64,000 bases of DNA from Clostridia bacterium (GTDB lineage Bacteria > Bacillota > Clostridia > Oscillospirales > CAG-272), in assembly GCA_017466445.1 (NCBI GenBank), contig JAFTUC010000006.1, positions 1,451 to 65,450 on the forward strand. Direction: 5' to 3'. The stretch's first letter is position 1. Every line of letters begins with the position of its first letter. A model generated the notes under the pieces. That model had not been told where the DNA came from, did not search any database, and saw only the letters and a list, made by a program, of their open reading frames with translations. A program made the translations under genes and the position numbers. This document shows positions 46,609 through 55,514 of the stretch, piece after piece.

Positions 46609-47409
46609 TTATTCAAGATTGAGCTTGTTTTCCATCGTCTTACGCGAGATACTGAACATAAGCGCAGCAAGACCGAACATAGTAAATATCATTATGACAA
46701 GCGTGACGTGTATCGAGGCAATCGGAGCCTTTACAAATAACAAAAGTATATCGTCCACTCCGAGTCCAACGCCGATTATCATAAGCACGGTATATATCAC
46801 CTGTGTTATTAGGTAATAAACGAAATAAGCAAGCACCGACTTTCCGACACGACCCTTTTTCGCCCTCTGACCGAAGCAGATGCACGCATAGTAAACGAGT
46901 ATCGCATAGGCAAGCGAAAGAAGGAGCAGAACAAGCATTTCAATAATATAGAATATTAAATGACCGCCAATAATCGAAAAGCTCTTCTTAAATATATATC
47001 CGATCGCCTTGAATATCTCGGGAGTCAGCTCTCCCGCTGTCATTATGAGCACCGCCACAATCGAGCTTACAAAGCCGATCACGATAAAGAGCATCGCCGT
47101 CAACAGCTTTACCGTTATGTGCTGAGACGCAGTCACGGGAAGAGTGAAGCTGAGATATCCCTCGGCTGTGAAGAGATTTTTATAGAATCTCTTGATCGCA
47201 AGCACGAGCATCATGATATTCGCCGCAAACAGTGCACTCACGAAGAAAAACACCGAGGAGCCGAAGGCAAGATTATAAATTACACTTTCGCCGTTTTCGA
47301 AAAACTGTATTATCCGTCCGACGATCGAGATAGCAAGCAGCGCAAGATTTATTACAAGCGACGTTTTCAGGTAAGCTCCTATCTCATATTTAAAAAGCTT
47401 CTTTACCAT
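46609..47409 (-). CDS. ABC-2-type membrane permease component of the YtrA-like module
   Basis: 266 aa with about 6 TM segments. It overlaps the ATPase stop by 7 nt. Confidence 0.7.
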   Translation of the reverse strand: MVKKLFKYEIGAYLKTSLVINLALLAISIVGRIIQFFENGESVIYNLAFGSSVFFFVSALFAANIMMLVLAIKRFYKNLFTAEGYLSFTLPVTASQHITVKLLTAMLFIVIGFVSSIVAVLIMTAGELTPEIFKAIGYIFKKSFSIIGGHLIFYIIEMLVLLLLSLAYAILVYYACICFGQRAKKGRVGKSVLAYFVYYLITQVIYTVLMIIGVGLGVDDILLLFVKAPIASIHVTLVIMIFTMFGLAALMFSISRKTMENKLNLE

Positions 47410-48101
47410 CTGAACACCTCCCTGAAAAGCTCATCCACACTCATTGAGTGCTCCTGTCTTATATCGTCAACGCTCTTATGGAGCACGATATTTCCGTCCT
47501 TTATAAAGATGACCTCATCAAGCACCTGCTCGATATCAGATATAAGGTGAGTCGAGATGAGCACGCTCGCCTCGGGGTTATAGTTATTTATGATCGTCTG
47601 AATAACGTAATCGCGCGCCGCGGGATCTACTCCGGCGATCGGCTCGTCGAGAACGTAGAGCCTTGCGTTTCTGCTCATAGTCAGGATCAGGCACACCTTT
47701 TCCTTGTTACCCTTTGAAAGGGTCTTCAGCTTACTGTCCGCCGATATTCCGAGGCGAGTGAGCATCTCGTACGCGAGCTCTTCTCTGAAATCCTCATAAA
47801 AGTCCTTGAAAAAGGTCACGATCTGACCTACTGTCATATAAGAATTAAGATAATTATTATCGGGAAGATAGGAAACTATCCTTTTGCTTTCCACGCCGGG
47901 ACGTATTCCGTCCACGAGCACGGTCCCGCTATCGGGTGTAAGGAGTGTGTTGATTATTTTTATGAGTGTAGTCTTTCCCGAGCCGTTCGGTCCGAGAAGA
48001 CCTATTATCTTACCGCTTTCGATACTAAGATTGATACCGTTAAGCGCAACTGTCGATCCGTAACGCTTGGTAAGCTTACTCATTTTAAGTATTTCAGCCA
48101 T
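47403..48101 (-). CDS. ABC transporter ATP-binding protein
   Basis: 232 aa. Walker A GPNGSGKTT, signature LSKGNKEK (degenerate), Walker B LYVLDEPIAG. Confidence 0.9.
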   Translation of the reverse strand: MAEILKMSKLTKRYGSTVALNGINLSIESGKIIGLLGPNGSGKTTLIKIINTLLTPDSGTVLVDGIRPGVESKRIVSYLPDNNYLNSYMTVGQIVTFFKDFYEDFREELAYEMLTRLGISADSKLKTLSKGNKEKVCLILTMSRNARLYVLDEPIAGVDPAARDYVIQTIINNYNPEASVLISTHLISDIEQVLDEVIFIKDGNIVLHKSVDDIRQEHSMSVDELFREVFRW

Positions 48102-48116
48102 AATTTCATTCCTTTC

Positions 48117-48491
48117 TTAATTGTCATTAAAATCATTTACGTACTTCTTTATCTCGCCCACGTCCATTCCCAGTGCCGTCATCTGATCAAAATAAAGTCG
48201 TGTCTTTTCCCTGTAAAGCTCCGAGAGCTGCTCCTTTGCCATGGACGTATCCTCGCAAACGTACCATCCCGAGCCTCTCTGTGAATAAAGTATGCCTTTG
48301 TTTTCGAGAATATCAAAGGATTTTTGCACCGTGTTCGGATTAACTCCCGCCGCGAGCGCGATCTCTCTCACCGACAGAAGCTTATCGTTTGGCAAAAACT
48401 CTCCGAGAACTATAGCAAGGCAGACCTGCTCGCATATCTGCGGAGATATCGGTCTTCCTTTGTCAAGGTCCCATTTCAAATCTACTTTCAC
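48117..48491 (-). CDS. GntR family (YtrA subfamily) transcriptional regulator
   Basis: 124 aa. The winged HTH is KLLSVREIALAAGVNPNTVQKSFDILE. The start is uncertain: GTG at 48491, or TTG at 48479 after a GAGGTG RBS. Confidence 0.85.
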   Translation of the reverse strand: MKVDLKWDLDKGRPISPQICEQVCLAIVLGEFLPNDKLLSVREIALAAGVNPNTVQKSFDILENKGILYSQRGSGWYVCEDTSMAKEQLSELYREKTRLYFDQMTALGMDVGEIKKYVNDFNDN

Positions 48492-48519
48492 CTCGATTCT
48501 GTACTACCTCACTAATACA

Positions 48520-48548
48520 ATAATACACTTTCATTTTTAATTTGTCAA
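48520..48548 (-). promoter_or_regulatory. Promoter of the GntR-ABC operon
   Basis: On the minus strand: TTGACA (48548-48543), 17-nt spacer, TATTAT (48525-48520). Confidence 0.6.
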
Positions 48549-48570
48549 GTATTTTTTAAAAAAAATCAAA

Positions 48571-48606
48571 AAAACATCCGCAAAAATACTTTTTTGCGGA
48601 TGTTTT
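48571..48606 (-). terminator. Terminator of the phosphosugar mutase gene
   Basis: aacatccgcaaaaa / tttttgcggatgtt, a 14-bp stem flanked by A/T runs. Confidence 0.8.
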
Positions 48607-48620
48607 GATTTTCACCGATC

Positions 48621-50345
48621 TCAGTTCCAAAGCTTTATGCACTCGGAGCAGGCGTCCATAAGCTTTTCGCACTCGTCCGAGGAGCTTCCGTTAAGCAGGA
48701 GATAGATCTTTATCTTCGGCTCGGTTCCGGACGGACGGATAACGAGCACGTTCGAGTCCTCAAGCTCGAAATAGACAACGTCGGACGCAGGAAGTCCCGT
48801 TCCCGTGACCTTGCCGGTCGCAAGCTCCGTGACCGTCTCTGCGAGGTAGTCGCGGATCGCAAGCACCTTCTTTCCGCCGATGCTCTCGGGAATGGAGGCT
48901 CTTATGTTCTTCATAAAACTGCTCATGCGCTCGTTAGCGTCAAAGCCGTCGAAGACGAGATTTACCGTGCGCTCCTTATAATATCCGTACTTTTCATACA
49001 TAGCGCAGAGCGCATCGTAGAGCGACATTCCCTTTGCCTTATAGTACGCCGCCATCTCTACGATGAGCATAACGGCAACAACGCTATCCTTATCTCTCGC
49101 GTAGGTTCCCTTAAGATATCCGTAGCTCTCCTCGAATCCGAAGAGGTAATGACCGTTTCCTATATCGTCGTGATTCTTTATTACCTCACCGATAAACTTA
49201 AAGCCGGTAAGCACGTTGAAAAGATCGACGTTGTGGCTCTTACAGATCTTGGTGCAGATCTCGCTCGTAACTATCGTCTTGACCGCATAGGGATCGCTCG
49301 GCATAGTATTTGTATTTTCATAAGCGGTGATTATATATTCGAGAAGGAGAGCTCCTATCTGGTTTCCCGTCATGGGAACGAAGGTTCCGTCGTGACGGCG
49401 GACCATAACGCCTGCGCGGTCTGCGTCGGGGTCGGTTCCGATAACGAGATCGCTGTCTACTTTTTTCGCAAGCGCGGTGCCGAGCTCGAGTGCGGTGGGA
49501 TGCTCCGGATTGGGTGAAACAACGGTCGGGAAGCTTCCGTCAAGCACCATCTGCTCGTAAACGGTATAGAGATGCTTGAGTCCGCAAAGGCGAAGCACCT
49601 CGGGAACGAGTCTGTATCCCGCACCGTGAAGAGGCGTATATACGACCCTGAGATCGTCTGCGACCGCCTTTATCGCGCTCGGATCGACGAGCTGCGCGGT
49701 AACGTTCTTTATATATTCGTCATCGATGACAGTTCCGACGATCTCGACTATCCCGCTTTCGACCGCCTTATCGAAATCCATACGCATTACGCCGTCAAAA
49801 ATATCTGTCTCGTCAATAGCGGCGGAAACTATCTTAGCGTGCTCGGGCGGAAGCTGAGCGCCGTCCTCCCAGTACGCCTTATATCCGTTATATTCCTTGG
49901 GGTTATGCGAAGCGGTGACGTTTACTCCGCCGATGCATCCGAGATGTCTTATCGCGAATGAAAGAACCGGGGTCGGACGGAGCGACTCAAAGAAGTAGGT
50001 CTTTATTCCGTTTGCGGCAAAGACCTCGGCGGCAACCTTGGAAAAGAGCACCGAATTGTTACGGCTATCGTACGCGATCGCAACTCCTCTTTCGCAAGCC
50101 TCCTTGCCCTCCTGCTTTATGAGACTGGCAAAGCCCTGCGATGCGTGCGCGACCGTATGAACGTTCATCGCGTTCGTTCCCGCGAGCATCTTTCCGCGCA
50201 GACCTGCCGTTCCGAAGCTCAGATAGCTCGAAAAGCGGTATTTTATCTCTTCCTCGCTCTCCGAAATGGCGCGAAGCTCTGCTTTAAGCTCCTCGGACAC
50301 GCTTTTTTCCGAGAGCCAACGCTGATAATTCTCTTTGTAATTCAT
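48621..50345 (-). CDS. Phospho-sugar mutase (phosphoglucomutase/phosphomannomutase family)
   Basis: 574 aa. Active-site loop TASHNPKEYNGYK. Metal loop GTDPDADR. Confidence 0.92.
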   Translation of the reverse strand: MNYKENYQRWLSEKSVSEELKAELRAISESEEEIKYRFSSYLSFGTAGLRGKMLAGTNAMNVHTVAHASQGFASLIKQEGKEACERGVAIAYDSRNNSVLFSKVAAEVFAANGIKTYFFESLRPTPVLSFAIRHLGCIGGVNVTASHNPKEYNGYKAYWEDGAQLPPEHAKIVSAAIDETDIFDGVMRMDFDKAVESGIVEIVGTVIDDEYIKNVTAQLVDPSAIKAVADDLRVVYTPLHGAGYRLVPEVLRLCGLKHLYTVYEQMVLDGSFPTVVSPNPEHPTALELGTALAKKVDSDLVIGTDPDADRAGVMVRRHDGTFVPMTGNQIGALLLEYIITAYENTNTMPSDPYAVKTIVTSEICTKICKSHNVDLFNVLTGFKFIGEVIKNHDDIGNGHYLFGFEESYGYLKGTYARDKDSVVAVMLIVEMAAYYKAKGMSLYDALCAMYEKYGYYKERTVNLVFDGFDANERMSSFMKNIRASIPESIGGKKVLAIRDYLAETVTELATGKVTGTGLPASDVVYFELEDSNVLVIRPSGTEPKIKIYLLLNGSSSDECEKLMDACSECIKLWN

Positions 50346-50393
50346 TTTGACAGTTCCTCTTTATTATAAAAATGTAATTTCCTTTTTAATGCC

Positions 50394-50654
50394 TCAGTTG
50401 TCCTGCTTCATGCTTGCCAGCGCTTTGGCAAGCTGATCGGGGCACGAGGTTGCTTTAAATCCGCATCTGATACCCGAAAGTCTTTCTATAACGTCGTCCA
50501 CCTTCATCCCGCACGCGAGAGCGGCAACGCCCTTGGTGTTTCCGTTACATCCGCCGATATATTCGACAGACTCGACGACATCATCCTTTACGCTTATCCT
50601 TATTTCACGGGAGCAGACTCCCGAGGTACGGTAGGAGATCGTTTTCGTCATCAT
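50394..50654 (-). CDS. TSCPD-domain small protein (TIGR03905-like)
   Basis: 86 aa. Motifs GGCNGNTKG and KATSCPDQLAKAL. Confidence 0.8.
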   Translation of the reverse strand: MMTKTISYRTSGVCSREIRISVKDDVVESVEYIGGCNGNTKGVAALACGMKVDDVIERLSGIRCGFKATSCPDQLAKALASMKQDN

Positions 50655-50663
50655 TATATTCCT

Positions 50664-51113
50664 CTATTTCTTTTGAAGTTCCTTGATCTCGGAAAGGAAG
50701 GTATCTATATCCTTAAACTCCCTATAGACCGATGCAAATCGAACGTACGAGACCTCGTCGAGCGCCTTAAGGCGCTTCATGACCATCTCACCGATCTCGG
50801 TGGACGGGATCTCGGCGCGAAGCGAGTTATAGAGATCCTGCTCGATATTATCAACGAGTTCTTCAAGCTGGGGCACCGAAATAGGACGCTTGTAGCAGGA
50901 TTTTATAAGTCCTCCGAGAAGCTTCTGCTTATCAAAGATCTCCTTCGATCCGTTCTTCTTGACTACGAGCAAGGGGATGACCTCCACTATCTCGTAGGTC
51001 GTGAATCTGTATTTACAGACCCGACATTCTCTTCTTCTGCGAATGCTTCCGCCCTCGGTCGGGCGCGAATCTATTACCTTACTGTCTTCATTTGAGCAAA
51101 CGGGACATCTCAT
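50664..51113 (-). CDS. nrdR: Transcriptional repressor NrdR
   Basis: 149 aa. The zinc ribbon is [29 protein letters not shown], followed by an ATP-cone. Confidence 0.95.
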   Translation of the reverse strand: MRCPVCSNEDSKVIDSRPTEGGSIRRRRECRVCKYRFTTYEIVEVIPLLVVKKNGSKEIFDKQKLLGGLIKSCYKRPISVPQLEELVDNIEQDLYNSLRAEIPSTEIGEMVMKRLKALDEVSYVRFASVYREFKDIDTFLSEIKELQKK

Positions 51114-51144
51114 ATTTTGTATTTTCCTTTCTCAGGGTCATAGT

Positions 51145-51738
51145 TCAGAGATCCGCAAGATCGAGATCTCTGACAGTCTCCTCGTACAGATCCCTTCCGC
51201 CGAGGATATTTATGGCGTCAACAAGAAGCTTTGTATTGACCGTTTTGGGAAGTCCGAGCGCTTTTGCGAGCAACTCCCTCTTTTTTGACGAGTTCTCCGA
51301 GCCCGAAAAGCCGTCGAGCGCAAGATCCGCGGCGCTTACCGGGTCGGTATCCTGCCTGTCTGTGCCCGATTCAAAGGGCAAAAACATCTCGCGCAAAAGC
51401 TGCGCATCCATTCCCTCCACGCCGAGCTTGCCCTCCTTTGACGGAGCGTCCTTCCGGCGTTCCTTTCCGTATATCTCGGGAATATAGAGGTTTATACGGT
51501 CGTTTTTCGGGATCATCGAGTTCAGATGTCCCCGTATGACTGTGCCTCCGCCGTCGCTGTCGCAAAGAATGATCGCGCCCTTTTTCGCAGCGAGCGCACG
51601 GAGAGTCTGTTTTTTATCGTTATCTCTAAAAAGTCCGAAGCCGTTGACCGCTATCACGGTCGCATCGAGTATAGAATCGAGCTTTATCTTATCGTAACGT
51701 CCCTCGACTATCACGATACGGTCTATTTTTATCTTCAC
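51145..51738 (-). CDS. Toprim-domain protein, RNase M5-like
   Basis: IVIVEGRYDKIKL and ILCDSDGGGTVIRG Toprim motifs. I prefer the GTG start at 51738, just after the holA stop, over the track start at 51798, which overlaps holA. Confidence 0.7.
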   Translation of the reverse strand: MKIKIDRIVIVEGRYDKIKLDSILDATVIAVNGFGLFRDNDKKQTLRALAAKKGAIILCDSDGGGTVIRGHLNSMIPKNDRINLYIPEIYGKERRKDAPSKEGKLGVEGMDAQLLREMFLPFESGTDRQDTDPVSAADLALDGFSGSENSSKKRELLAKALGLPKTVNTKLLVDAINILGGRDLYEETVRDLDLADL

Positions 51739-51745
51739 TCTTTTC

Positions 51746-52765
51746 CTACCTTCTCGACAGCGAAAGTATGAGTACCTCGAGAACCGTGTAATCGTCAAGG
51801 CGGGTCGTTTTCAGCTTGACGTCGGCATCGCAGCAGCTCTTCACCGCCGCTTCGAGAGAGGAACGACTCTTTTTCGCAACGGCCGCCATTCTGAGCGAGA
51901 CCGGATACTCGTGCATCTTCATTTTTTTCGCAATATCCTGCTTCGAGCATCCGCTGTCGACGAGGATCTTGACCGTGAGAAGCTCTCCGCAGATCCTCGA
52001 CACCGAGGAGAGTATATTCTCGGGTCGCTCCTTACGAAGCTTCATATCGGCAAATATCGCAAGTGCGGTCTTTATATCGCCGTCGGTTATAGCGTTGGCA
52101 AAATCGAACGCGCCGTAGACCGTATTCGGCGAGCAGACGAGATATATCATATCCTGCGTTATCACGCTTTGTCCGTTTTGCAGAGCGTACGAGGCGACCT
52201 TGTCTATCTCGGAGGCGAGAACGAACATATCGTTCTTGCAGTAATCGATCAGGCACTTACAGACCTGCGGATCGGCGGCACACGAGTGAGAGGCAAAATG
52301 CCTGCCCGCCCAGCCGATTAGCTTCTGTGGGGTCTGCTTTTCAAAATTCACAAGATTTGCGCTTTGGGAAAGCTTCTTAAAATGAGCGCTCGGAGATTTT
52401 TTCGTTCCCTCCGAAAATTCGTCGGGGCGGCAGTAGATCACAAGAGTATCGTCACTGACCTCGGAAAAGGCGAGCGCGAGCTCGTCGAGCTTTGAATCGT
52501 TCAACGAATTGAAATCGACTCCGCGAAGCTCTATGAGGCGGCCTCCCGCGCTTCCGAAAAGAGGGGTCCCGACAAGCTCGTCACCGAGTCTGTCAAGCTC
52601 TCCGTCAAGCACGACGTGATTAAACACCGCATCGGTCTCGTCGGTAATGAGAGTCTCGCGCATCTTTTCGAGATATCTGCGCTTTAAATACTCCTCCTCA
52701 CCGTAAAAAACATAGACCCCGCTCGGAGCGTATTTGATTTTATCGTCAAGCTCCTTCAGCGTCAC
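51746..52765 (-). CDS. holA: DNA polymerase III delta subunit
   Basis: 339 aa. The N-terminal region is GVYVFYGEEEYLKRRY, with the usual length and helical C-domain. Confidence 0.8.
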   Translation of the reverse strand: MTLKELDDKIKYAPSGVYVFYGEEEYLKRRYLEKMRETLITDETDAVFNHVVLDGELDRLGDELVGTPLFGSAGGRLIELRGVDFNSLNDSKLDELALAFSEVSDDTLVIYCRPDEFSEGTKKSPSAHFKKLSQSANLVNFEKQTPQKLIGWAGRHFASHSCAADPQVCKCLIDYCKNDMFVLASEIDKVASYALQNGQSVITQDMIYLVCSPNTVYGAFDFANAITDGDIKTALAIFADMKLRKERPENILSSVSRICGELLTVKILVDSGCSKQDIAKKMKMHEYPVSLRMAAVAKKSRSSLEAAVKSCCDADVKLKTTRLDDYTVLEVLILSLSRR

Positions 52766-52792
52766 GGTGCTTTCCTCCTTCCCAAGTACTGC

Positions 52793-53437
52793 TTATTTTT
52801 CAGCGTTCTTTCCCATAATGAGAGGCACGTACTCCTTAAAGTAGATGACTCCCGAGATGACGGTCATTGCCGCCATTATCGCCATAGATACGAAGGTCGC
52901 TATCCAGAGATCCCAGATAATAGGCTCTACGAGCGCGACTATGATAAACACCATCTGAAATACCGTCTTCATCTTGCCCGCAAAGTTTGCCGCAAGCGCG
53001 TGTCCGCCCTTGTTTGAGAAGAGCAGTCTGAGAGAGGTAACCGCTATCTCACGGGTGAAGAATATAAACGTCGCAAATATCAGGCAGATCTCGAAGATAT
53101 AGGGGATCCCCTCGCTTCCGCCCATAAATGTGATAAGAGAGATCATCGCGCCGAAAACGAGTATCTTATCGGCGAGCGGATCGAGGAATTTTCCGAAATC
53201 GGAAACGTAGTTGTACTTTCTTGCTATTTTTCCGTCGATCATATCGGTAAGCGAGATAAGTCCGAAGAGTCCCGCACCTACAAGTCTCATTATGATCTCA
53301 CCGCTTGGCATATCCTCTCCGTAGACCCCTCTGGGTGCGAAGATGATGACCACCATAAAGACGGGAACCAGTACCGCTCTTATGACGGTAAGTATGTTGG
53401 GAATGTTCTCTTTTCTGAAAATCTTCTTGTTTTCCAT
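52793..53437 (-). CDS. pgsA: CDP-diacylglycerol--glycerol-3-phosphate 3-phosphatidyltransferase
   Basis: 214 aa. The CDP-alcohol transferase motif is DMIDGKIARKYNYVSDFGKFLDPLADK. Confidence 0.9.
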   Translation of the reverse strand: MENKKIFRKENIPNILTVIRAVLVPVFMVVIIFAPRGVYGEDMPSGEIIMRLVGAGLFGLISLTDMIDGKIARKYNYVSDFGKFLDPLADKILVFGAMISLITFMGGSEGIPYIFEICLIFATFIFFTREIAVTSLRLLFSNKGGHALAANFAGKMKTVFQMVFIIVALVEPIIWDLWIATFVSMAIMAAMTVISGVIYFKEYVPLIMGKNAEK

Positions 53438-53458
53438 AATCCTTCTCCAAAAAATATT

Positions 53459-54823
53459 TTACTTTGTGAGATCTCCGAGGAGATCGTAATCAAGCACGTT
53501 TCCTATTATCACCTTGACAAGCTCGCCCTCCTCGACCTTGCGATCTGAGGAAAAGTATATCTTTCCGTCTATTTCGAGGGCATCCGCGGCGCTTCTGCCG
53601 TAGTAGATCTCGGAGACGGTGTCATAGCCCTCGCAAATGACGTCAAATACCTTTCCGAGCTTTTCCTCATTCTTTTCAGCCGAGATATCGCCCTGAATTC
53701 TCATTACAAGATCGTATCTGTCCTGCTTTGTCTGCTCGTCCACCTGAGAGTCCATCTCGGCGGCGGGAGTTCCCTCCTCGGCAGAATAGGTGAACGCTCC
53801 GAGTCTGTCAAATCTTGCTTCCTTGATAAACTCGCAGAGCTCCTCGAAATCTCCGTCCGTCTCTCCGGGGAATCCGACGAGAACGGTAGTGCGAAGGGTG
53901 ATGTCGGGGCATGCCCTTCGAAGGCGCGAGATCGCATCCTTTATGACCTCGCTTCCGCCGTGTCGGTTCATTCTGTCAAGAACACTGTCCGAGATATGCT
54001 GTATCGGCATATCAATATATTTCACAAGTCTGTCGTTGTTTTTAAATTCCTCGCAGAGCTCGTCTGTTATCTTATCGGGATAGCAGTAAAGAAGCCTGAT
54101 CCACGGTATCGAGGTCTCATTTGTGATCGCGCGAACGAGCTTTGCAAGCGAGTACTCGCCGTAGATATCAAGTCCGTATCTCGAGGTGTCCTGAGCGACG
54201 ATATTAAGCTCCTTCACGCCGAGCTCCTCAAGAGTTTTCGCCTCCGCGACTATATCCTCTATCGGGCGGCTCCTGAATTTACCTCTTATATTTCCGATAA
54301 CGCAGTAGGTGCAGTGATTGTCGCACCCCTCCGCGACCTTTATGTACGCACTGTACTCGGGAGTCGTGACAACGCGATCGCCTCCGAGCGGCATGGTGTT
54401 TTTATCGTCGAGGCAGCAGTATTTATCCTCTGCGCGACCCTTTCTGTTGCGAAATCCCGCCTCGTACGCCGCGTCGACCGCCTCGCAGATCTTGGGAAGT
54501 CCTCCGACGCCGACTATGGCATCGACCTCGGGAAGCTCCTCAAGTATCTCTTTTCCGTATCTTTCGGCAAGGCATCCGCAAACGACGATACCCTTAAGAT
54601 CCTTGTTCTCCTTGAGCCACGCAATATCGAGAATATTGTCTATAGCTTCCTTCTTCGCGCTTTCGATAAAAGCGCAGGTATTGATTATAACTACGTCCGC
54701 CTCGGTCTCGTCCGCGGTGATCTCATATCCCGCCTCGAGCAGAGTGTGGAGCATTACCTCGGTATCTATCCTGTTTTTGGAGCAACCGAGCGATACGAAT
54801 CCTACCTTTATCTGTTTTGCCAT
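53459..54823 (-). CDS. rimO: Ribosomal protein S12 methylthiotransferase
   Basis: 454 aa. N-terminus VSLGCSKNRIDTE. Radical-SAM motif CDNHCTYC. C-terminal TRAM domain. Confidence 0.85.
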   Translation of the reverse strand: MAKQIKVGFVSLGCSKNRIDTEVMLHTLLEAGYEITADETEADVVIINTCAFIESAKKEAIDNILDIAWLKENKDLKGIVVCGCLAERYGKEILEELPEVDAIVGVGGLPKICEAVDAAYEAGFRNRKGRAEDKYCCLDDKNTMPLGGDRVVTTPEYSAYIKVAEGCDNHCTYCVIGNIRGKFRSRPIEDIVAEAKTLEELGVKELNIVAQDTSRYGLDIYGEYSLAKLVRAITNETSIPWIRLLYCYPDKITDELCEEFKNNDRLVKYIDMPIQHISDSVLDRMNRHGGSEVIKDAISRLRRACPDITLRTTVLVGFPGETDGDFEELCEFIKEARFDRLGAFTYSAEEGTPAAEMDSQVDEQTKQDRYDLVMRIQGDISAEKNEEKLGKVFDVICEGYDTVSEIYYGRSAADALEIDGKIYFSSDRKVEEGELVKVIIGNVLDYDLLGDLTK

Positions 54824-54847
54824 AACGACTCTCTCCTTTGTTTTCCT

Positions 54848-55324
54848 TTACTTCTCTTCCGATCTGCCGACCGTATCTAGCGCGTATCTTATCGACAGCG
54901 AGTCGTGACCGAGCCTTTGGAGCTTTCTTATGAGCTTTTCTCTGTCTGTACCCTTACTTTTTTCCTTGATCGCAAATTCAGAAGCGAGCTCTTTAAAATC
55001 GACGCACGCGCAGGCGCCGTCGAGCGCTCTGTCTACGCTTTCCCGGTCAAATTTCGAGAGCAGCTCGAGCTTTATGCGATATCTTCCGAAATATTTACGC
55101 CTTGAGTAGTAAGAAACGAGATTTTCTATGAGTCTGTCATCAGATATATATCCCTTTTCTCTGAGCGCATCAAGAACCCGTCCGATCTCGGACTCGGAAA
55201 AGCCCTTCGAAAGCAGCTTTTCGCGCAGTCTTCTCTCGCTCATATCGGAAAGAGCGAGCAAGGACATCGCCTTTACGTATACCGGATCGTTTTGCATGTT
55301 TTGCATGTTTTGCATATTTTGCAT
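54848..55324 (-). CDS. recX: Recombination regulator RecX
   Basis: A RecX-like helical-repeat protein. An AAGGAG RBS 8 nt upstream favours the ATG at 55324. The N-terminus is (MQN)x4, encoded by the 9-bp repeat. Confidence 0.8.
   Translation of the reverse strand: MQNMQNMQNMQNDPVYVKAMSLLALSDMSERRLREKLLSKGFSESEIGRVLDALREKGYISDDRLIENLVSYYSRRKYFGRYRIKLELLSKFDRESVDRALDGACACVDFKELASEFAIKEKSKGTDREKLIRKLQRLGHDSLSIRYALDTVGRSEEK
55289..55324. repeat. Tandem repeat, 9 bp x 4 (minus strand ATGCAAAAY), at the recX start
   Basis: Plus-strand units are gttttgcat x3 and then attttgcat. Each unit contains an in-frame ATG. Confidence 0.95.
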
Positions 55325-55514
55325 CCGACGCACTCCTTACTGATTTTGTCCCATTTCTCAAATGCGAGCAAAAAGATATCCACTATCTATTATAGCGAAG
55401 CGCCAAGTGATTGTCAAGTAAAAAAGCGAGAAATACCGAAACTTTTTAAACAAAAGGACCCATTTACGCAGCTTAGCGCAAACGAGTCCTTTTTATCTGT
55501 ACGTATTAAAAATC

